Assembly: GCA_044892505.1 (NCBI GenBank) | Contig: CM097883.1 | Location: forward strand, 217,620,001 to 217,684,000 | DNA: 64,000 nucleotides | Direction of reading: 5' to 3' | Source: Schmidtea nova | Lineage: Eukaryota | Shown here: positions 36,917 to 47,089 of the stretch, one piece after another | How the letters are laid out: each line of letters opens with the position of its first letter | Numbering within the stretch: the first letter of the stretch is position 1 | Position numbers and translations under genes: made by a program | The notes under the pieces: model-generated | The model's input: the letters and a program-made list of their open reading frames with translations, nothing else | What the model was told of the DNA's origin: nothing | The model's database searches: none

Positions 36917-37302
36917 ATGGAGTAAGTTCGTTTTGTTACTATTAATTTTACTAATGTAGTTCTATTCAGCTTAATAGAATTGCAACAAATTTATTTGAAT
37001 ATAATTTTTTGGGAGTTTATCCATTAGATAAAATTCCTTTTCTAAACGATAACAAAGCCATCATTGTCAATACACAATCATCAAGTCTTGAAGGAGAACA
37101 TTGGCTAGCCATCTATATGACCAGAGGAAAGATTCATGTGTTTGACCCTATGGGTTATTATTATCCATCATTCTTGGTATCGAAGCTCTCAAAATTATCA
37201 AAACCAATTGTTTACAACAGAAATAGATATCAAGATCTATTTACAATTATTTGCGGACAATATTGTATTGTTTGGTTATATTATATGTTTAATAAATGTT
37301 AA
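36917..37302 (+). CDS. Adenain-like cysteine protease (Polinton PRO), join(36917..36921,36960..37302), 115 aa
   Basis: ATG GA|gtaagt...taatgtag|T TCT gives MDSIQLNRIATNLFEYNFLGVYPLDKIP...GEHWLA...FDPMG...QDLFTIICGQYC (His, Asp, Gln, Cys catalytic set). Confidence 0.9.
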
Positions 37303-37425
37303 TTATTTGGTGTATGACTTTTATTTTCAAAAATAACTAAAATAACTCGTTTGTTTTTATAACTTTTAATAAAATAACATTTAAACAACTTTAGCAATAA
37401 CAACAACAACAAGAATGTAAAATTG

Positions 37426-40400
37426 TTATTCCGATAAATATTGGTCTGAATCGCTTGATACAAAACTTGGGGAATGCTCCGTTGATGATTGTTGTTGTTG
37501 TTGGTCAGGAAAGTCACTTTTAGTATTAATATTATTATTTATAACACTTTCCTCAGAAATTACTACAGAATAATGCCCATAAGCTAGACTCTTGTTCCTC
37601 CCCACCCAAACCCTTTTATCATCGTTGTTAGTTAATGCGACTTTATTTGTTTTAAATGTTAACAGCTGATGATTTTTAGTACCGATTCTAATTTGTGGGA
37701 CTTTTGGAATTATCATTCCATTATAACAGTCCAAATATGACTGATGATTTATTATAGTCTGTCCCAACCGAATACCTTTTGCTTTTAACGTTTGTTTCTT
37801 TGGACCTCCCAAGAGACTATATAACTTTGGACGAAGGAAAACCCATTCTTTATATTTGATTCCTTTACTTTCGTCCTTAAATTTTCCCACAACTGATGCC
37901 AAATCTCTATTGAATAATGGATGGGAGGAATCATAGTTTGAAGTGTCCAAGAGTTTGTCCTTTATCATTTCTCTTAATAAAACTTCCAGGTTTAAATTCT
38001 TTACCTCCAAAAAGAATGAGTCAGTGTCTCCAGCTACAATATTAATTTCACAATTGAATTGTTCCCTATACTTTCGCAAATCATTATATTGCAGTTGGTA
38101 CATTCTTAGTTTGGATAAATCCAAGACTGTTTGACCAATATATGTTGGTCTATCCAAACATACAATTTCCTGATTCAACAGAGCAGCTATTAGGTTGTCA
38201 GCAATTTTGAAGCTTTTCTTGAACCCAGGTATAGATGCATATGTCACCATTTTCTTCTGGGTATTACATAGACGTAAATTTATTCGTTTCTTCAAATTTT
38301 CCACCGTTTTGCCATAGAAGCTATTGTTGATTAGCTTATAATAATCTTTATCTAATTCTGTCAAGGAAGCAGCTCGTAATTTTGTATTGTTGTCGATATA
38401 ATTTTTAAATATTTGTCCTTGTTTGAATTTAATTGCTCTATGAACCTTTGTTACTTGAACACCCAACATCAGGAAAAACTTCAACAATCTCCAATGAATC
38501 ACATAATTCTTCTTTGAATAATGTGTTAATAAAAGTTTAGGAACCTTTGATTCAGAGGGGCACATTTTCTCAGCTGATGCAGGCAAATCATCTATTAAAT
38601 CGTGAATCTCATCAGGAATTTCCAAATCCACCTCCATTGTAAATCCGTAATTGAGTTTTTCCAGCTCCAATGTTTGACAATCTTCCAAGACTTTATCTAG
38701 ATTGTCATGAACCCATTTGAATTCTCCGCATGGCAGACTTTGACAGAGTGCCCAACCATATAGATTATTTATGTCTATATAAAGCAAATCAGTATTTTCA
38801 TCAGTTTTCACATGATGTTTGTTGACAAATGTAAGTCCCCCTCTAATTCCACCTTCATAATAATTGTACATTTCATAATCTGTCAACAATTCAATAGGAC
38901 TATCCAGTGTTAAAAGTCCAGAAGCCCAAGACATTCCCGGTATTCCAAAGAAATTCAAAGGTTCCAAACCATTATGTGCTAATGATTTGGCTCGAAATTG
39001 TTCAAAATAGTCTGCCAATAGATATACGTCTAACTTCATGTATATCATCATGTAATCCAACAATGTCTCGCAGCTATTCTCTCTCCATATATTCTTGGCT
39101 TTTTCATATTCGTCTTCAGTCACTCCAGTCCATATTGGAGGCAATTCAAAAGTTTCTTGAAGTATTTCCAAACTCTTTGCGAAGTCAAATGGAAATATAC
39201 CCTTTGAGTCTACAATTGATGCTTGGAATACCGAATTTGTTATGGGTAAGCTTATCAAAGTCTTCACTGCTCCAGCTAAAGATTCATTTATAAACTGGTA
39301 TGAATCTATGAATTTTATTGTCATTTTCTTGTAATGAGCGATAAGTGTGAGAAATTTCTCACATGTTGTAGGAATACAACTTATGCTCCAATTACGAAAT
39401 TTATTTATTCCGTATTTTAAAATATGATGCATATCATAACCCTTGAGGTTATGAAATACAACTGGTAGGGTTCTTCTAATTCTTCGTGAGAGATTGCATC
39501 TATTGCAAGCTGCTCCTAAGTACTTTCCACTAAAATGGTTGTGATCTCGAACCAAATTATTAGGGGTTTTGTGACATATGTAACAGGAAGTTGCTCTATT
39601 AAATGAAATCTGTTGATCACGATTAATCACCATTAATGTATTACTATGTTCCACGTAATATTGTAATACTTTAGTCTGTGAAATTTCCTCCACTTTCTTA
39701 AGAAAATCAAAGACACAGTCATGTCCAATAAATTGATGATATTCTTTACTTCCTGAATAGTTATTTACCAATAAAAGTCCAGCTGAAATTGGTAAATGTT
39801 TTTGGTAGTGTTGCTCATCCTCTGGTAAGACTGATTCAAAATCCGCATAGATGACATATGGCGGTAATCAATTTTGACCAATCTATATTTGTTTGTAGGA
39901 GTTATGTATAATGTGGTTCCTATTTGATTTTTTTACATAGATCTACATGTCTGTCAAATGCTAATGGTCTTCGAAAACCGTTAAGACAATTAGGGCACCA
40001 TTTGCATTGAATTCTCGTCGGACAATCTTCGTTTTCATGAAAATTCATCAGCCTATTTAGATTTGGAACAGCTGTGTAGTGATAATTTCCATTTTCTTCC
40101 AACAAAAGCAAATATATTGGGTTAATATCTTTTACTTTTGTTTTATGAATAATATCTAGATGTGGATGTTTCATAAGCACATCATCTTCCACCGAGAAAT
40201 TATCTGCCTCGTACGATAATACGTTAATAGCTATCCCGGGATTTTGGGCTTCAAATTTCCGAATATCTTTCAGTTTTGTAGGCACTTTTTCCCTATCGAA
40301 CCTTAGTTCTGATAAGTATTGTGTATATTGTGACGGTCTATTTCTGTTGCTGTTTATTACATCATATTTTAATAATGATAAAACACTATAAATAAAACAT

Positions 40401-41569
40401 AGGTTATCATTATTCCTTACATTGATCAGTTTGCCTTTGAGATTTATTGGAGTATTAATAAATCTATGTCCTGGCAATCTACTTATCTCTGCATACTTTG
40501 TTACTTTAAAGTTGATTTCCAATATACGGTTCAAATGCCAACTACTTCCCATCGTAGTTCTTATTGTTATTTTTTCATTTAGGGATTGTATACCCTCCTC
40601 CAGAAAGTTTGGTGACATCTCCACAGCACGATTTGAGAGTCTTGCAGTCCTGATCTCTCCATCTTTAACGAATTCTGCGTTTATACCAAATTGTACCTTA
40701 CCTTTTTTCAATTCGGATAGACAAACTTTTAGTTTTGTTTTTAAAGAAACAGGAATAATTATTTCTTGTACATTATAACCTGAAATGTCCAAGGAAATAA
40801 TTTGATGTGATCTATATAAGTCACATTCAATTTCGGGTTCCTTATCTATTCCTGTTCCAGTTTGAATAAATGTTTCATCCATTAAAGAGTAGCTATCTGC
40901 ATACTCTGTAGATTCACTTTCGGTATAAAAATCTGTTATCTCATCCACTAATTCAAAATTTAGCCAATCTTCTAGAATTGGTTCCTCTTGATTTCCAACA
41001 TTTTCTTCTTCTTCTTCTTCTTCTTGTCCATCTTGTCCATCTTCTGCTTCGGAATCTGTGATTAAAATACAATCTTCTCCTCGGTTTCCTGAATTGTCCA
41101 TTTCTTGAATCACCTCTTCAGAATCTTCTTCTTCTTCGGAATCGATGATTAAAATATAATCTTGTTGTTGTTGTTGGTGAATTTCTTCTCCTTGGTGTCC
41201 CATATCCTCCATTTCTTGAATCGCCTCTTCAGAATGTTGTTTGGAATTGGCAACATCATTTGTTTCTTGAATCGATACTTCTTCTTGTTGTTGTTGTTGT
41301 CATTGTTGTTGATTTGTTTCTTCACAAACGTTGATCTGATCCAAATCAACGTTGACATTATTTTCTAAACGCCGACATATTTTATTATTATTATATATAA
41401 TAATTGGAGCTTTTCTTTTAAAAAGCTTCTTTTTACTTTCATTAAATAGGGTTAAGTGTCGCATATGATTTTTATAAAAGGTAAGGTATGGGTCGGAACT
41501 TAGAGTCTGGCAAAATGGACATATATAGTATATTTCCTGGAAATATGTTATTTTATAATAAAGTTCCAT
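37426..41569 (-). pseudogene. polB: Protein-primed family B DNA polymerase (pPolB) with endonuclease VII-like insert, disrupted
   Basis: YADFES, RDHNHFSGKYLGAACNRCNL, VFHNLKGYD, FIDSY, KGIFP, GIRGG, YIDINNLYGWAL, KLINNSFYGK, GDTDS, GKFKDE, LRPKLYS; ORFs 41300-41569 and 39920-41212 are in frame across one TGA; frameshifts between 39920 and 39867. Confidence 0.95.
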
Positions 41570-42103
41570 TATTTGGTGACAGTTGGAACTGTGTATTGCA
41601 TTGTTATAATACCTCGGATATAATAAACCTTAATGTTATTTTAAAATTAATTTAATTTATATTCTAAATATTTATATATATTTTTTTATGAGAGAACATT
41701 AGTAATATAAACTTCCTAGAAAAAAAAATAATAGTTATTTTGTGTATCTATTAAAAGTTTTTAATCTAAAGATTACTGTAATAATTACTTAAAATAACTA
41801 TTATTTTGGATCTATTTTTCATATTTATATGAATATATAATTCCTTGTTGTTAGTGTACATAAATGAATAAAAATTTTATGAATTTACATAGGTATTCAC
41901 GTTGTTAGTATACATAGCAATAAAAATTTATTTATAATTTTTTTTAAATTAGCAATTTTATTTTTGTTAAAAACAATATTTTCCATACTTGTATGATTTT
42001 AATGTTTAAAAAAAAATAAAACAATAATTTTTTTTAAAATTTGATATTCTAATTAATAATATAATATTTTAAAATAATTTTTGTGTCAAAAAACAATAAT
42101 TTT

Positions 42104-42545
42104 TGTTGTTAGTGTTCCTAACAACAAATTTTATACATTAAATATTAATAATTCCCATAATGTTAAGACTATAGATCAAATTATCTTTAAATAAGTACAC
42201 AATATTTCGGCCCAGCTTTTATCATAGATGAAACAAAAGATTATTATGACATTAAAATTATAAAAATAATTTTTTATATATTACTAAAGGTGAATAAATT
42301 TGTTGTTAGGTACTATTGTTGTTAGTGTTCCTAACAACTAATTTTATACATTAAATATTAATAATTTCCCATAATGTTAAGACTAGATCAAATTATTTTT
42401 AAATAAGTACACAATATTTTGACATAGCCTTTATCATGGGTGAAACAAAAGATTATAATGACATTAAATATTATAAAAATAATTTTTAAAAATTACTGAA
42501 GATGAATAAATTTTGTTGTTAGTGTCCCTAACAACAAATTTTATT
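42104..42545 (-). repeat. About 200-bp tandem repeat (2 units plus start of a third) containing Penelope-type pseudo-LTR with degenerate hammerhead core
   Basis: ttgttgttagtgt(t/c)cctaacaac hairpin at 42104, 42317, 42514; each unit carries ataattcccataatgttaagactatagatc...gtacacaatattt. Confidence 0.8.
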
Positions 42546-43123
42546 CAACTATTATTAAATTAAAAATAATATAAAAATAATTTACTATTTTAGATGATTA
42601 TATTTTGTTAACTTCACTATCAACACTGATAGTTAACTTCAACAAAATACAATCATCTAAAATCTGAAATCTTAAATAAAAAAAAATTTACATTTATCCT
42701 TTGAATTAAAATTTCAAGCATTCTGAAATTTTTAAAAAAAAAGTAATAAAAACTTATATTTGGTTAATATATTAATATTACCATTTGTTTCGTAGTATTA
42801 TCTTTTGAATTGACTTGCTTCTTTTGTCTCTGCATCATTTCTGTAAAGAATAATTATAAAAAATGAAATAAAAATATAAAATAAACCTTACTTCTTTGAA
42901 TAAATTTCTTATTATAAATTTAAATAGATTTTTAAAATTAAATTTAAATAGTGAATTAAAACAAACAGTTTATAATTAGTTATCGTTAATAGGCAACTAA
43001 ACAATTATTGTTATTAAGCAACTAGAATATTCTAGAATATTCTAGAATGAATTTATGTAACTAAGATTTCATAAACAACTATAAACGATAACTCATTGTC
43101 GATAATTATTATTTATATAGATC

Positions 43124-43341
43124 ATGGATGATATAGATGGTAACCTTTGAATATTTGAAACAAAATTTATTATAAAGATTTGTTTTTAGAAATTATATAC
43201 AAAGAGGAACAAATAGAACCTGAAGAAAGTATAATTGATGATTCTAATGATATATTTGAGTTATCAAGTCAAGAACCAATTATAATTTTGCCGAGTAAAA
43301 ATACGGAAACTTTGTTCCAAGATATTAAGAATTTAAAGTAG
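43124..43341 (+). CDS. Small acidic 55-aa protein, join(43124..43139,43190..43341)
   Basis: ATG GAT GAT ATA GAT G|gtaacc...ttttag|AA ATT (50-nt intron) gives MDDIDEIIYKEEQIEPEESIIDDSNDIFELSSQEPIIILPSKNTETLFQDIKNLK*. Confidence 0.55.
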
Positions 43342-43400
43342 AAAACTGCATGTTTTTGTCAAGATTATTTGTTAAATAAATGTTTTGTGTTTAAAAATTA

Positions 43401-43853
43401 TTAATAAAGTTGATAAAATTTTATTAAATATATAATACAAATACTTAAACATTTAATAATCAAATTAAAACCATATTTTAATTGTAATTTAATAACATAT
43501 TCCCAGTCTCCGTTTTCTTTGATCCATGGATAAATTTTGAGAATTTCTTGTACTGACCATTTCAAATATTTCTGATGTTCAGTTGGACATAAAATAAGAA
43601 TTTTTCGAATGTACAAAAAAATTGTAATAACTTTAGACCAACGGATACCATCTTCAAATAATGAGTCAAAGACATTTTTGAATGCTTTCTCCTTTTCAAT
43701 ATCTGTTCTTGGTTTTAATATTGGAGAGAAATCAATAGTACAATGATACTCAGCTTCAAGTAACATACAATTCAAACATTGAACTACTTTATCTTCGCTT
43801 CCAAAAAGCAATTCATGAATAATTGTTGCTATATAATCTTCCATAAAAGACAT
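43401..43853 (-). CDS. Bcl-2 family protein; right-arm copy
   Basis: Identical translation to 35956-36408. Confidence 0.82.
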   Translation of the reverse strand: MSFMEDYIATIIHELLFGSEDKVVQCLNCMLLEAEYHCTIDFSPILKPRTDIEKEKAFKNVFDSLFEDGIRWSKVITIFLYIRKILILCPTEHQKYLKWSVQEILKIYPWIKENGDWEYVIKLQLKYGFNLIIKCLSICIIYLIKFYQLY

Positions 43854-43917
43854 TAATGCAAAATATTATGAAATACACACATGTTTATGTATAATACTGA
43901 TTGGATGTTGTAATATA

Positions 43918-44277
43918 CTAACATGCATGTTGTTGCTTCGATTTAGAAAGGCAGTCATCTTTCATTATCAGTAGAAAACAACTGGAAGGTTGTCCATATC
44001 TCAATTCTGCATTAAACACTATGGGTGAAGCGTGTATGAACCATTTTTCTGACATTAAGTTAAAAGTCTCAATTGCACTTTCAATATCATCCTTGTATAT
44101 TCCAACAGCTGCTCTCACGAACCTGTGTTGTGGTCATTCTACGACCTTGTCAGCAATTCTTAAAGGATAAGACCTTTTCAACGTTTCAAATCCGGAATAA
44201 TCAATAGCATTGTCTAGAGTTTCGGCATTTTTCACAACGATCTCATAGATATCACCAAATGAATGTCCCAAGTTCTT
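43918..44277 (-). pseudogene. RRM1: RNR large subunit fragment; right-arm copy
   Basis: Mirror of 35532-35891. Confidence 0.9.
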
Positions 44278-45147
44278 CAATTTACAAAATCCACCGGCCA
44301 GATTTTCATAAGTAGACTCAATGAAATCGAACAAAGAAGGGAAATTTAATAAATGTCCATAGCCAAGCATTTTCAATGAGGCTCCTATCCAAAATGTATA
44401 ACAACTATCGTCGTCCTTATGCGGTCTTCCATGAAGTCCTTCGTACTGACGATTTATTAACCACCGAAGCATTAAATTCCTTTTACTAGAATTTTCAGGG
44501 AACAAAACATCTAATTTTGACAGAATCTTTAAACTTGCTATTGCACAATAGGTGGAGCCACTGTGACTTTCTTCACGAGGTCTCTGACCAAACCCACCAT
44601 CATAATCTTGACATTTCAAAATAAACGACACAACAGCATTAACATCTACTATGCTGAAATCGTTTATAATTGCACATGAAGCTAAAGCAGAAAATATAAA
44701 TCTCACGTCTGCTTCTGGGCAGTCAAGAGCCGCACAAAAACAGCCATCTTCAGAATTTTGCAAATTTTTAAAACATTTTAAAATGCCAGTTTTATCGACT
44801 CGACTAAGATTATCACCCAAAATCATCAAACAAACTAAACACGAATAATTCATCGTTACATGACCAGACATGTAAATCTGGTTTGTGAGATGACAATTAC
44901 TCGGGAAAAATCCACCTCGAAATCCCTCTAAACGGCCAGATTGATAATTTAATATTTGCAGCTCATAAATCCAGTCAACTATTTCATTTTTATCTGATTG
45001 CGAGAGATCATCAATGCGATTTAACAAATCGAGACCAGATAGAGCAAATTGCAAAATGATAACTCTTGATGTATCATATGATTCAAAAACCGTTGGAATA
45101 TAACTGACAAACTTTTTAAAGTACTTAGAGATTAAATCTGGATTCAT
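44134..45147 (-). CDS. PGGT1B: GGTase-I beta/RNR chimera; right-arm copy
   Basis: Mirror of 34662-35675 with one I/L difference. Confidence 0.9.
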   Translation of the reverse strand: MNPDLISKYFKKFVSYIPTVFESYDTSRVIILQFALSGLDLLNRIDDLSQSDKNEIVDWIYELQILNYQSGRLEGFRGGFFPSNCHLTNQIYMSGHVTMNYSCLVCLMILGDNLSRVDKTGILKCFKNLQNSEDGCFCAALDCPEADVRFIFSALASCAIINDFSIVDVNAVVSFILKCQDYDGGFGQRPREESHSGSTYCAIASLKILSKLDVLFPENSSKRNLMLRWLINRQYEGLHGRPHKDDDSCYTFWIGASLKMLGYGHLLNFPSLFDFIESTYENLAGGFCKLKNLGHSFGDIYEIVVKNAETLDNAIDYSGFETLKRSYPLRIADKVVE

Positions 45148-45571
45148 TTCAATTTTATTGTTAACTTATCTTTTCAATGACAGTAATTATTTAAACATCA
45201 TTGTATTTTTAATCAAATTTCAAAAAGTTTACAAGGATCTCAAATTAAAGAATTAACAATTTTAAACAAATCAAAAATTCCTAAAAAAGTTCAATTTTCC
45301 TAAAAAATACATAAAAGTCTTTATTATCATAAAATTAAGATTTTATTGTCATAAATTTTCTTATTTATCTTAATTTTTTAATTTAAATTCTATTATTCTT
45401 TTTAATGTAGATTTATTATTGTTTCTTAGGAAATTGACTCAAAATTTAAAGTCATCATCTAAGTTATTAAATCACATAAAGTCAGGCGGAACAAACTGAT
45501 CAATAACATATCAATAACTGATCACATAACATGCATGTGAATGGTTGATAGAATAAAATAGACAAATCAAA

Positions 45572-46090
45572 ATGCAGATGTGTATGTATTTGAGAAAGTA
45601 TGTGTTTGCCAAATATATTTTTTCATTATTTCAGCTGATGATGAAGGAAACAAGTGAACATTCGATGAAGAAAAAGATGAAGTTTAATGAAGAAACCTTG
45701 AAGAAGGAAGAAGAAATTTCAATCTTCAAACCCGAATATGTTTACCACGATTTCAAGATGATCTTATTAAAAAATCCAATAGATTTTATTCTAGTAAATC
45801 CGGTTCCCTTAGTGAAGACTAGCTACAATTACTGGATAGAAGATTTTGAGCTAGAAGATCGAGAGGCAATTAGAACATTATTTAGTAGAATAAACAAACA
45901 ACTATTATTAGGTGAAGATGGTGCATTTATCGGTGGTCCATCAACAAAGCTTTTTGAAGGAAATACTCAGATACATTTCAAAGAAAACTATAAATGGAAC
46001 TTGGTCGTCCGTATTCAAGGTTACAAGATAGCTCCAAGCTCTGCCATCTTACCTGTTTGCAAGATCTTAAGCGGTAGAGTTAATAATTAG
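45572..46090 (+). CDS. Hypothetical protein; right-arm copy
   Basis: Mirror of 33719-34237; candidate intron 45598-45634. Confidence 0.65.
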   Translation: MQMCMYLRKYVFAKYIFSLFQLMMKETSEHSMKKKMKFNEETLKKEEEISIFKPEYVYHDFKMILLKNPIDFILVNPVPLVKTSYNYWIEDFELEDREAIRTLFSRINKQLLLGEDGAFIGGPSTKLFEGNTQIHFKENYKWNLVVRIQGYKIAPSSAILPVCKILSGRVNN

Positions 46091-46246
46091 TTGTATTGTT
46101 ATAATAATTATAATTTTTAAAAGATGTGTCTTTAATTTATTGTCTTTAGTTTTTAATAAATGATATAGAAACCAAAAGCATAACAACAACATAATTAATA
46201 AAATATTTGTTTAAACATATCAATTAAATAATAACAAGTTTCATAA

Positions 46247-46696
46247 ATGTTGGTTAATATTAATTATAGAGGACAAGTTCCAATGAAAGTTGTACAAAAC
46301 ATGAGATTTCCAAAATTGAAACTCCAACAGATTATAGATAAAAATGAAAAATATACAATTATATTTTTTAAATCTGGTAAATGTAGGATAATGAGTTGCA
46401 AGAAACCCCTCGAAAGCATACACTATGATATTAAAGATGTTCGTCTTCAATCATGTACAGTTAATGTGGATATTGGAGAAAAAATTAATTTACATTATCT
46501 ATCAAAGAAAGCGAATTGCATATATGAACCAGAAATATTTCCTGCTTTAAGACTTTGTAATTATAAACCATTATGTATAAATTTATTTTCCAGTGGAAAA
46601 ATAGTTATACTTGGTATAAAAACTCTCAACTTTGATTGGATGGTAAATAAAATTGTTCAAGATATAAAGAATTTGATTAGTTCCCAAAAACTATAA
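46247..46696 (+). CDS. Divergent TBP-like protein; right-arm copy
   Basis: Mirror of 33113-33562. Confidence 0.85.
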   Translation: MLVNINYRGQVPMKVVQNMRFPKLKLQQIIDKNEKYTIIFFKSGKCRIMSCKKPLESIHYDIKDVRLQSCTVNVDIGEKINLHYLSKKANCIYEPEIFPALRLCNYKPLCINLFSSGKIVILGIKTLNFDWMVNKIVQDIKNLISSQKL

Positions 46697-46734
46697 ATAC
46701 AGAGAAATATTTCACGCTTTTCATTTTTTTTACA

Positions 46735-47089
46735 ATGTCTCAAGTTTCAGATATTGGTAAAAAATTTTACTTCATTATTTTAATTTTGTCTAGCATTTCA
46801 GATTGAAGTCCTTATTAATAAAATTGCTCAGATTTATCCTGAGATTAAGGATGAAATATTAAATTGTGCTCCAGAACTTGCTAGTACCAAAATCTATCAA
46901 GCCACTGGAATCAATGTCGAACGTATTATATATCATTATAAATTAATGTTATATGGATACAAAAAGCAAGCCAAAATACTCAAGACACTTGTTTGTCCTT
47001 TCAATTGTCAAGAATGCATTGAATACAAACGAAAACAGACTATTAATACTTTAGTTAATGAACTCTATAATCACATGTGTTTCGACTAA
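46735..47089 (+). CDS. Hypothetical 105-aa spliced protein; right-arm copy, join(46735..46756,46794..47089)
   Basis: 37-nt GT-AG intron; 318 nt coding, in frame. Confidence 0.7.

Noticed and set aside
42590-43010. Multi-exon gene on minus strand (three GT-AG segments of about 35-56 nt)
   Set aside because: I could not join the putative exons into one open frame; splice-like signals are common in AT-rich DNA.
36441-43368. Simple fold-back read artefact (missed adapter)
   Set aside because: Such artefacts give no spacer; here there is a 6.9-kb unique spacer and coherent TSD. A more complex misassembly is still not excluded.
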